Positions 49,854-60,070 of a DNA stretch of 64,000 nt are shown one piece after another. The notes beneath the pieces were generated by a model. The model was not told the origin of the DNA. It made no database searches and saw only the letters and a program-made list of their open reading frames with translations. Source of the stretch: Negaprion brevirostris (lineage: Eukaryota). The DNA is taken from NCBI GenBank assembly GCA_030324005.1, contig JARDVH010000110.1, positions 22,641,475 to 22,705,474 on the forward strand, written 5' to 3'. The first letter of the stretch is position 1, and the number at the start of each line of letters is the position of its first letter. The translations under genes and the position numbers were made by a program.

Positions 49854-50077
49854 TGTTATTCAAAACAAGTGGTTGTATTGGAAGAATCAACCTAATCTGG
49901 TCTTTCAGCTTCAAGTCAGTTAATTATAAAATACTTCCTCAGTCCTACTAACCTACAAGAAGCTTTCCTCCAAAGTGTTCCAGCTCCCTATTTATAGGAC
50001 AAACAATGTCACATGTTTTACTGGCAATTCCCTTAACAAAATAATTACCATATAGTGTGATTTATGATACATTGACA
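49854..50077 (-). mobile_element. Solo LTR
   Basis: TGTTA...TTGACA; homolog of 15573-15832. Confidence 0.65.
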
Positions 50078-51257
50078 CAGGATGCTAAAGGGGATTGACA
50101 GGATAGATACAGAACAGATGTTTCCCCTTGTTGGACATTCTAGAACAAGGGGCCATAGTTTTAGATTAAGGTGCCAGATTTAGAACAGAGATTAGGAGGA
50201 ATTACCACTCAGAGGATCGTGAATCGATGGAATTCTCTATTCCAGAGTGAAGTGGAAGCTGGAACACTAAACAAATTTAAGGAGGCGATAAGATAGATTT
50301 TTAATTAGTAGTGGGATGAGGGTTATGGGGAATGGGCAGCAAGGTGGAGATGAGGCCAGGATGAAATCACCCATGACGATATTGAATGGCGGAGCTGGCT
50401 CAAGGGATTGAGTTGCCTTCTCCTGCTCTTAGCTCATATTCTTATGGTTGAGTGTTTTAAAACCAGGGCAGATAGAGATAGAAATTTTAGAAGAGATTCA
50501 AAGCGGGATCTGGAACTCATCACCTTGAATGGTGGTGGGGGTAGAAATTTTCATACTATTTAAGAAAGTACTTGGACGTGCACTTGACATCCATAATTTA
50601 CAGACCAACACCTGGAAAGTGGAATTATGCTGGATGATTACTTGTTGGTTACCAAGACATGATGGGTCAGATGGAATTCCACAGATTCATGATCCTCTGA
50701 GTGAAGTAATTCCTCCTTTCATGCTGTAAATTCCTATGATTCTATGATTTTACTGCAAGGTCAGACTAGATTGTATGCTTAATTCTCTAGATTGGGGCTT
50801 GAACCCACATCTTCAGACTCAGAGGCACAAGCCACTGATCCAAAGAACTCTTTTTTGTTCTTGTGACAGTGATTTAAATGAGAAGCTAGCCTTATGAAAT
50901 GTAAGTGTTCCACCCCTGTCAGGTATAATGGAGTTCACACACTTAAAATGAACTTGTTTACTTGGTTCTTGTGAGGAAAAATCAAAGGTGTAAAACTACG
51001 CAGAATCTTCTAGGAGTTAGGATTACATTGACAACTTGCTCACAGAGGCAATGAGGAGTTCAGAAGTGAGAAATGAAAAAGATTAACATTGTTGGAGTGG
51101 GTATGCTTTTGAAGATGAGATTATTGTACTGCTAAGGCTAAACATTGAGTGCTTTGCTATATTTGGGCAATGCTATATTAGTCAGGACATACTGATGCTG
51201 GTTATCAAAAATATATGTATACATTGCTACTTCAAAGGAAATGTGTTTATTTTTCAC

Positions 51258-51592
51258 AGAATCATAGAATCCCTACAGTGCAGAAGGAGGCAATTCGGCT
51301 CATCAATTCTGCACTGATTTCCCAATTGAGTATCTCATCCAGGTCCAATCACCGTAACCCTACGTATTTACCCCACCATTCCCCCTAACCGACACATGTT
51401 GGGACACTAAAGGGCAATATAGCATGGCCAATCCACCTAATGTGCACATCTTTGGAATGTGGGAGGAAACCAGATCACCCAAAGGAAACCAATGCAGGAA
51501 CGGGGAGACTGAGCAAATACCACACGGTCACCCATGACCGGAATTGAACCCAGTCCCAGAAGCTGTGAGGCAGCAATGCCACCACACCACCC
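51258..51592 (-). mobile_element. HE1-like SINE, type A
   Basis: agaatcatagaatccctacagtgcagaagg through to the head. Confidence 0.88.
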
Positions 51593-52562
51593 TCATATCA
51601 CTCAAATATTTATGATTATTTAGGAATAAAATTTATCTCCAAATGCAAATAAGCTGAGCATAACATGGCAGAGCCAGCAATGTTGAGAAGACTACAAGAG
51701 GCAGGATTGACACTCATCAGTGTGAGTTTTCAATAACCAACAATCAAATTTCTTGGTCACAGACTAAGTGCAACTAGAGTAAAGGTTGATCCACTGAAGA
51801 CAAGACTCATAAAAGAATTTTCAGCTCCAAGGAACTTCATGGGAGGACAAAGGTTTCAGAGAAAGGTGGCTATGGGGTAACATTTCAATAGCTTAGTTAG
51901 AGGTCAGTGAGCCACTACACCAGTTGTTACATAAAGATAATGAATGGTGTTAGGAAAAAGCACATCAGAAAAAATTCAAGGAGAGGTTGACATGCTTAGA
52001 GATTACAATCTGGAATTAGCTACAATAATAACAGTGGACACATCTTCTATAGAATTGGTGACAATACTTCATCAGGTAGAAAAAGATAATAAACATCGAG
52101 CAGTCTTCCATGCGTTACAGTCATTGTTCGATACGGGGAAGAAATATGCAAGAAGAAAAGGAAGCATGAGTAGTTAAATATGTATGTTAGAAATTTGCTG
52201 GCTACATTTTTGGTCTTCACATTATAATAGAAACAGACCATAAATCTTTAGTCACACTGTTGAAGAGCTTGTGGCAATGCCATCAAGAGTTCCAAGGTTT
52301 AAGTTGAGATTGATGAGGTTTGATATTCATATGGTATGTGTTCGCGAGAAACTGCAAAGCATTATCATGCATTGCAACAGAGAATCCAGAAAAATACAAT
52401 ATCGAATTTATGGAAGATGTTAAGGAGTTTGCTATAATTGGCTTATTTACTGCACAGAACACAAGGCACCAGTCACTCTTAAGGGATTGGGTAAACACAT
52501 TGTAGGTTCATTTACTAAGACTAGGCAGTTATACAAAGTTATAAAGCTTGAAGGCAACAGAG

Positions 52563-52642
52563 GTGCATATGTGTGTGTATGGGTGCATGTGTGTGTGAGT
52601 GCATGTGTGTGTGTGTGCGTACACGCACGCGTGCGCGTGTGC
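52563..52642. repeat. (GT/GC)n alternating purine-pyrimidine tract
   Basis: Perfect alternation over 52599-52642. Confidence 0.9.
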
Positions 52643-52960
52643 TCTGCTCATAGTGAAAGAAGAGGCTGGATCTAATTTCCTTTCTAGTGCTGTAGAAAAG
52701 GGACTTGTCCTCCTTTGCTCTGCTTCTTTTAAACTGGAGCTGGGGACGTACTTCACTGCTTGAGTCTCACCCAGCCTGAGTTAGGGGAGAGGAGGGGCAG
52801 CTGCTTTAACCTTTAAGTGCATGGAAGTACGGAGCAGCAGTTTGCTGCTGACTGCCACTCAAGAAAGCTATGGTCCATAGATCTTCACACTTGCAGAATA
52901 CTCACGGGAAGAATGTGGCAGACACCAATTCCTACCTTTCCACTTGATGTCAAAGACACA

Positions 52961-53145
52961 GGGTGAAATTTTACAGCCCATCCAGCTGGTGGGATGACCC
53001 CCACCCCCACTGCCCAATGGCTGATTTCCCAGTGCCAGGATGAGCGAGCCACACAAAATGACATAGACACTGGCAGGATGGGAAGATCCGCTGCCCCAGC
53101 TGCTAGCAAACACGCTGTGGGGTAAGGGGACAGAAAATCCTGCTA
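52961..53145. mobile_element. Harbinger-type MITE (medium family)
   Basis: gggtgaaatttt / aaaatcctgcta; 3-bp TSD ACA. Confidence 0.7.
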
Positions 53146-53639
53146 ACAGATTTAAAGGAAGAACGAGAGACAGGAAACTTCCCAAAGTAAACAGGGGAAT
53201 TCTATTCTAGTCATCACAGAGCAAGAATGTTACCACATCATCAATAGGAGGAACAGGTCTGGGTCAGAAATCGGTGGAAGAATGACCTTATCAAAGCTGC
53301 TCCAGAATCCAGATGGAACGGGACACATGAAGGGAAACAAAAGAGCCTTGATTGCAATGGATTGAAAATCAGAGACCAGCAAGGTTGCAATCATCAGAAA
53401 CACAAGATTCTGAAGCAAGTGATCATGAACCATCCACTCGTTCAAATTCTGTTGTACTCATTGAATGAGGCCTTTTTGCCTACAACAGGTGGAAGAGGAG
53501 GTACACTAGACTAGCAAAGACAGCACAGTATCTGTTCAAAAGCAAGAATCTCAAAAAACTGAAGGATGAAGGGAGAACAAAAGAGAACATGGAGAGAGAT
53601 GGAAAACTCTTGGCTTCTCCCAGCCAAGAGACACAAGCG

Positions 53640-54696
53640 GAGTCATTTCGTGGGCTTCCTGCTGGGTGCAAGAGTCTCTGTGGATCGCCCAGGCAAAGGT
53701 TTCCAGCATCATCATCATCTCCGTGCCGGAAATCTGCGCAGAGCTGATTACAATATAGAAATCTTCATTTCCATGTGATTATTGGGCTATGGGCTGAATC
53801 CTCTGGGCACACTAATGTCTCCCCCTTCCACCCCCCTAGCCAGGAGTGGTTCACACCACTGGGGTTTACAACTGTTCCCCACTAACAGGAAACAGGCAGC
53901 TGACCCCACTGGAGTGAAGAGAGGCCATTGAGACCCCCCCCACAAAAGATAATGAGGGTGTACCTTGGGTAGTGCCAGCCTGGCATTCTCGTGGCAAAGG
54001 ACAAGCTGGTATTGCCCGAGGGGCACTTTGGCACTGCCCACCGGACATTGAGCAGTGACAAGGGAATGGGGCCTATTGGAGTGCAATTGGTGGGGGTGGG
54101 GTNNNNNNNNNNNNNNNNNNNNNNNNNNNNNNNNNNNNNNNNNNNNNNNNNNNNNNNNNNNNNNNNNNNNNNNNNNNNNNNNNNNNNNNNNNNNNNNNNN
54201 NNTAGGGGGCTGTTGTGGGGGGCAGATTAGGGCTGCTGGGCAGAGGGGATCAGGAGATCGTGGCTAGCCAGATGGGGGAGTCAGGGAGATCGGGGCACCT
54301 GGATGGAGAGATTTGTGGGGACACAGGGGCTGGCATGGGGAGATCCAGAGGCCAGCAATCAGGGGTGAGGGCGTTGAAAAGCCAGCGATTGGGGGTTGTG
54401 GGGTTGGCCAGCGATTGGGCTGAGCAGCAATCGGGAGGCTGGTAATACACTGTGCATGCACAGATCTCCATGCTGACAGAGGGGCACATGCGCAGTGGCT
54501 CCCTCAACGCTATGCTGCCAGCCTCTTGAGTGGGAATAGGCCTCACTCCCTGATTTTCAATGTGAATCTCTCTGAGGTACTCTGTGATGCACAGAGTGTC
54601 GGAGATACATTCTGAAAATCTCGCTTAAAAAATCGGCAGGAATTACTCCCATTTTCACAAGAATTGGGAAGTTAGAATTTTTTGGGAGAATCCCAG
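53640..54696. mobile_element. Non-autonomous Harbinger-type element
   Basis: Colinear with 43009-44273; ends ttagaattttttgggagaatcccag. Confidence 0.75.
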
Positions 54697-54930
54697 TCGA
54701 CATTTGCCTAAGGGAACAAAAAAGGCTACATTTCCTCTGAAATTACAAAACACTGAAATGTTCAGAATGACTAGGAAACTGAAACATTGGCTTTCCATTG
54801 GCTTTTCAGAGAATCTTGAAGTCTGAACAGTGATTCTTGGGCAGGGCGTAAGGGGCAGTATAAAGGAATATGTTAGACTAAGTCCCATTAAGGGTGTGAT
54901 GTCATAGAAGGAAGTGACATATGTGATGTG

Positions 54931-55254
54931 AGAATCACAGAATCCCTGCAGTACAGAAGGAGGCCATTTGGTCCATTGAGCCTGCACAATAATCCCACCC
55001 AGGTCCCATTCCCATAACCCCATGTATATTCCCTAGTAGTCTCCTTGACGCTAAGGAGCAATTTAGCATGGCCAATCCACCTAACCCACACATCTTTAGA
55101 TTGTGGGAGGAAACCAGAGCAACCAGAGAAAATCCACACAGACACGGGGAGAACGTGTAGACTCCGTTCAGATAGTGACCCAAACCATGAACTGAACCGA
55201 GGGTTCCTGGTGCTGTGAGGCAGCAGTGCTAACCATTATGCCATTGTGCTGCCC
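54931..55254 (-). mobile_element. HE1-like SINE, type A
   Basis: Full-length reverse copy. Confidence 0.9.
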
Positions 55255-55394
55255 ATGAGGGGCTAGGAGAAAGCAACATGGCAAGAAACTTCTGTAAGGG
55301 ACTGGTCTCTGATAAATGTAAATAGGTTACAATAAAGTTAGATTGTTCTGCAGCTGCTGTTTCTGGGAGCTATGAAACTCATCCAACCCAGCAA

Positions 55395-55523
55395 CAGAAA
55401 TTAAAAAAAAAATACAGGGAATACTATGAAAAATTCATCACTTCTGGCAGCATCTTTGGAGAGAGAGAAACGGAGTTAACATTTTGAATACAAGTTTGGA
55501 AGAAAAGTCACATTGGACAACTT
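55395..55523 (-). mobile_element. PLE-type terminal repeat (family 2), left arm
   Basis: ctggcagcatctttggagagagagaaacggagttaac; inverted partner at 56061-56220. Confidence 0.6.
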
Positions 55524-55534
55524 GAATACAATGT

Positions 55535-55695
55535 GCACCACCTTACAGAAAGGATGTAATTGCACTGGGGAGGGTACAGAGGAGATTTATAAGATTGCTG
55601 CCAGGACTGGAACATTGTAGCAAAAAGAAAAGACTGGATAGGCTGGGGTTGTTTTCCTTGATACACATAAGGTTGAGGGGCAATTTGAATAAGGC
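55535..55695 (+). mobile_element. CR1 fragment
   Basis: PPYRKDVIALGRVQRRFIRLLPGL. Confidence 0.75.
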
Positions 55696-56060
55696 GTTCA
55701 GCCTCTGCTGTATCAGTTCACCCAACTGTTGACGTCACATGGAGTGAATTGAACTGGGTGAAAATAGGCGGCTGTGATTGCAGGGATCTCAGGAAGAGAC
55801 TGAGATGGCCTCAGGTCATAAAATCGGAACAGCACAGAAAAAGGCCATTCAGCCCATTGTGTCTGTTATGTTTCTACTAAGAAGCAATTTACATACTGCC
55901 CTCCCATCTTTTTAGATAGTTAGAATATTTAGAAAAGTTCACGGCACAGAAGGCTACTCTGCTGATCACATCTACACCTGCTGAAAAATAAGCCCCCTCC
56001 ACCCATCTGCCTAAACCCATTGCCTAGTGCTTGGGCTGGAAGGCGGTGCACATTATACTT

Positions 56061-56220
56061 AAGTTGTCCAATGTGACTCTTTTTCCAAACTTAAACTCAA
56101 AATGTTAACTCTGTTTCTCTCTCTCTAAAGATGCTGACGGACATGCTAAGTTTTTTGTAGCATTTCCTGTGTTTTTTCTAAAATTTCATACCTGCAGCTT
56201 CTGCAGTATTTTGCTTTCAT
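56061..56220 (+). mobile_element. PLE-type terminal repeat (family 2), right arm
   Basis: gttaactctgtttctctctc...gatgctg...ctgcagtattttgcttt. Confidence 0.6.
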
Positions 56221-56660
56221 TAACTGCTTTTCATTTTTCAATGTTTCAGTTGCAGGAATTTGAAGTGACTGAAGAGCACTTTGCATCATTTTATTGACGG
56301 AGCCCCAAAACTCTGAACGTAGTCACGGTTTTTTTTGGCAAGTTGTCATATTCTGAACAGCTAACTATGTTGAACCACATACACAATTAGAAGATATAAT
56401 CCGCTTTGACTTCTGCTGAATGTAAATGTTACATGATGCTGAAGGAGATTTATTCAAATCTGGCCGTTTTCAATTCAGGACACAAATAAATTGTTCCAGA
56501 ATGCACATCCATAATGTGTCATTTCATAAAGCTGCATAAGCAAAATTTATCTTTTAAAAAGATGCATATTTCTGCTCCTTATCTGAAAGCATGTTCATTT
56601 TAATCTTTATGTCTATTTTAAATGATCAAATTATAGTCTGCCACTGTGTAGATTAGGTCA

Positions 56661-56880
56661 TGATGTGAAGATGCTGGCGTTGGACTGGGGTAAACGCAGT
56701 AAGAAGGCTCACAACACCAGGTTAAAATCCAACAGGTTTACTTGATAGTAAACACCACAAGCTTTTGGAACGCTGTTCCTTTGTCAGGTGAGTGGAGAGA
56801 CAGCTTTCCAAAAGCTTGTGTCATTTACTATCAAATAAACCTTTTGGACTTTAACTGGTGTTGTGAGACCTCGTACTGTG
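56661..56880. mobile_element. Palindromic PLE-type mini-element (family 1)
   Basis: Inverted arms; hammerhead-like motif at 56756-56790 (minus); flanking duplication actgtgtagattaggtca / actgtgtaggttagtcca. Confidence 0.82.
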
Positions 56881-57879
56881 TAGGTTAGTCCAGTAGTTCC
56901 AAGATAGTTTCACTTATTGGATTTGCCCCTTATTTGTCCTTGTTACTTCCTTCTGTCTTGAGTATCTGGATAACTTTCTTACGTTCTCTTTGCTGCCTCA
57001 CAAACCATTTCTATTTATATTGTGTCAGTTTTTGCTTTCATTCATTGAGATCTTCTTTCGTGGCAGATTTGCTAAGAGTTTTTTTAAATTGTTTTTAATT
57101 ATCACACACTTCTTTATGCTCTTGCAGACGTATCTTTCATCCAAACCTATTTTTCCTACTTTTCAGTCTGTGCATTTCTCTATCTCTCTCTCTTCCTTAC
57201 ACTTTCCAAACAGCTACTTTTCTGTGTAACAAGATTTCACGATTGGTGTTGCCCCAATTACATTTTAAATGAGGCAACTGACTGATTTTATTTTTGTTAC
57301 TTGAGATGAGGGTGCTGGCAGAGAGACATATTATCTTAAAAGTAGCAGGCTTCAGGCAAAAAAAAATCTAATGGAACATTGACCTGCAAAACGTAACACG
57401 CTTGTGGCTCGCTATGTATTATTCCCTATGCTGTATGTTATTCCCTACAGTCAGAGCATCTGGTATTTGGAGCCTTATTCTTTGATCTGCTGGCAATGGA
57501 AACCTATTATCAGAGCCTAACAGCATTCCAAATGAGGTGAGCCGGGACAGCATTGCAAGAAAATGCAAAATATAAAGAGTACGGTATATTTGCTGAAACT
57601 CTTAAATAATATTGACACAAATAAGATAACACTATTTTGTTGCAAATAAAGTTCAGTTAAAATTAAGTTCAGTTTCCTCTTGTGGGTACGATAAAGATTC
57701 AAAGTATTGACTTTTTTTGTTAAAATGTAGCTTTATGAAGACAAGGGAACGCAGAGCTCATGAATGGACCATTTTTTCACTTTGAAATGCCTTATGCAGT
57801 AGCTGTAAAATGCAGCAGCAGTAATGTTCTTCATTTTTATTGCACTGCATGGCTCCTCTGCAGCTACCATTGCATGCAT

Positions 57880-58334
57880 TTAAAGTTTATTTATTAGTGT
57901 CACAAGTAGGCTTACATTAACACTGCAATGAAGTTACTGTGAAAATCCCCTAGNNNNNNNNNNNNNNNNNNNNNNNNNNNNNNNNNNNNNNNNNNNNNNN
58001 NNNNNNNNNNNNNNNNNNNNNNNNNNNNNNNNNNNNNNNNNNNNNNNNNNNNNAGTGTCACAAGTAGGCTTACATTAACACTGCAATGAAGTTACTGTGA
58101 AAATCCCCTAGTTGCCACACTCCAGTACCTGTTCAGGCACAATGAGGGAAAATTTTAGCATGGACAATGCATCGAACCAGCACGTTTTTTGGACTGGGGG
58201 AGGATATCAGAGTACCCGGAGGAAATCTATGCAGACAACGTGCAGACTCCATACAAGCAGTGGCCCAAGCTGAGAATCAAACCTGGTCCCCTGGGGCTGT
58301 GAGGCAGCAGTACTAACCACTGTGCCACCATGCC
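57880..58334 (-). mobile_element. tRNA SINE, type B (tail falsely duplicated across a gap)
   Basis: Reverse type B tail and head. Confidence 0.9.
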
Positions 58335-58828
58335 ACCCGTTTGAGGAGTTAGTAGTTTTGTGCAACTTGTTTTGCTTCACTCTATGGTATATTGAAGATT
58401 GCAACACACTCATGCACCTGCATAGTTTAGAGGAAACATTGGACTGTGACTTCCTCAGGGTGACAGTCAGTGTCGGATTGGCACTCTGTGCCCAGATGAG
58501 GTATACGATTTTTCTTCTGAGCCTGCCTCATCTAACCAGACTCAGGCCAGGTGAGATCCAAGCTGTGCAGCTTAGCTCGCAGACTCAGCATTGAAGTCCA
58601 GCTCCACTGAAATGAAGGAGGACACGCTCCCTTTCTAACAATATTAGCTATCCTAACCCAGGTAAATTAAAGACTCCATGATTTTAAAGGTGCTTGACAG
58701 GCCAGGGAGAAGATAAGTGTCTTAAGTTAAATGGATTTGGGGGCTGAGGAGCCTGAGAAGTAGGAGTAGAATTAGATGCTGGGATGCTTTGGGAAAATGA
58801 TTGGGCCACGGGGGCGGTGGGGGGGGGG

Positions 58829-58858
58829 TGCTGCTGCTGCTGGTGGTGGTGGTGGTTG
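58829..58858. repeat. (TGC)n(TGG)n microsatellite after a G-run
   Basis: tgctgctgctgctggtggtggtggtggt. Confidence 0.85.
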
Positions 58859-59190
58859 TAGGCACCCTTATGTCAGCAGGCTATTCAGTTTCCAAACAAC
58901 ATATTGTACAACTTGTGCATACTGCACTGAGAAACCAATGGAACTGACAAAAATGAATTAAAACATTTCCAATTCTGTTTATTATAGCACTTGTGACAGA
59001 TACTGGTGACATGCCTGTAGCTCATCATCATGTGAAGGATAAACTTGCAAGTAGCAAGCATCCTCCCTCTGTATGTTTGCTGCTGCTCTCTGAAAGATAA
59101 GGTAACCAGACCTTTGAGAAATGTGCCAAAGATGTTTACTGGTTCAGTGTAGCTACTAAGGATCACTTCTGGTGAATTATGGCTGTGTTT

Positions 59191-59603
59191 GGCAAGGTGG
59201 CACAATGGCTATCACTGCTGCCTCACAGCACCAGGGACCCAGGTTCAATTCCCAGCTTGGGTCAGTCTATACGGAGTCCACAGGTTCTCCCACGCCTATA
59301 TGGATTTCCTCTGGGTGTTCCAGTTTCCTACCACAGTCCGAAAGATGTGCTGGTTAGATGCATTGGCCACGCTAAATTCTCCCTCAGAACAGGCGCTGGA
59401 GTGTGGCNNNNNNNNNNNNNNNNNNNNNNNNNNNNNNNNNNNNNNNNNNNNNNNNNNNNNNNNNNNNNNNNNNNNNNNNNNNNNNNNNNNNNNNNNNNNN
59501 NNNNNNNCCGAACAGGTGTCGGAATGTGGCGACTAGGGGATTTTCACAGTAACTTCATTGCAGTGTTAATGTAAGCCTACTTGTAACACTAACAAATAAA
59601 CTT
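59191..59603 (+). mobile_element. tRNA SINE, type B (with N gap)
   Basis: Head, B-box and type B tail. Confidence 0.88.
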
Positions 59604-59971
59604 AAAAAACAAGTTATACAGCACACCACATTGTTAGTTATTTTTAACACACCTGATTATGAATTTTTGGGTGAAAGTAAACTAAAAAGCATCTTTTATT
59701 GATATTCAACAGACGATATGTATCATACATACCTATAACTCCTCAGGTCTGTTATGTTGCTTGAGTTTCAGTTAAATAAGAGATAGTAAGATTTCTGCTG
59801 GCCAGCAGTGAATTAATCTCAAAATATCTCCAGTGGCAGCATAAACCTTGTCTTGGTACTTCAAAATTTAGCTCAATTATTCAGGGAGATGTCTAACCTC
59901 GAACGATGTTAATCAGCATTCATTAAGAAGATCAGAATCCTATAGATATTTTCTTTGACAATTATTGTTTA

Positions 59972-60070
59972 TAAAAAAAACTGAAGATGCTGGAAATCTG
60001 AATTAAAAACAGAAAATGCAGGGAACATTCAGCAGATCTGGCAGCATCTGTGGAAGTGGAGAGAGAGAGA
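59972..60070 (-). mobile_element. PLE-type terminal repeat (family 2)
   Basis: gatgctggaaatctgaa..aaaacagaaaatgc...cagcagatctggcagcatctgtgga. Confidence 0.65.

Larger units (their letters stand above)
48860..50750 (+). mobile_element. Nested CR1 fragments (two copies) with SINE and LTR insertions
   Basis: RFTKMLSGLKKFSYVEGLERLRLFPLEWKRLRGDL; a second CR1 at 49545-50447 with its own tail; the first CR1 resumes at about 50450. Confidence 0.8.
51660..53620 (+). mobile_element. Gypsy/Ty3 pol remnant (RT end, RNase H, integrase tail)
   Basis: LRRLQEAGLTL..CEF...IKFLGH...VDP.K; TIITVDTSS; IETDHKSLV...MPSRVPRFKLRLMRFD; post-integrase HRARMLP...QVWVR; many stops. Confidence 0.85.

Noticed and set aside
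56250-56330. Possible terminal exon after tttcag/ttgcag (EFEVTEEHFASFY*)
   Set aside because: The pyrimidine tract is partly a repeat tail, the peptide is short and unrecognised, and no upstream partner exon is identifiable.
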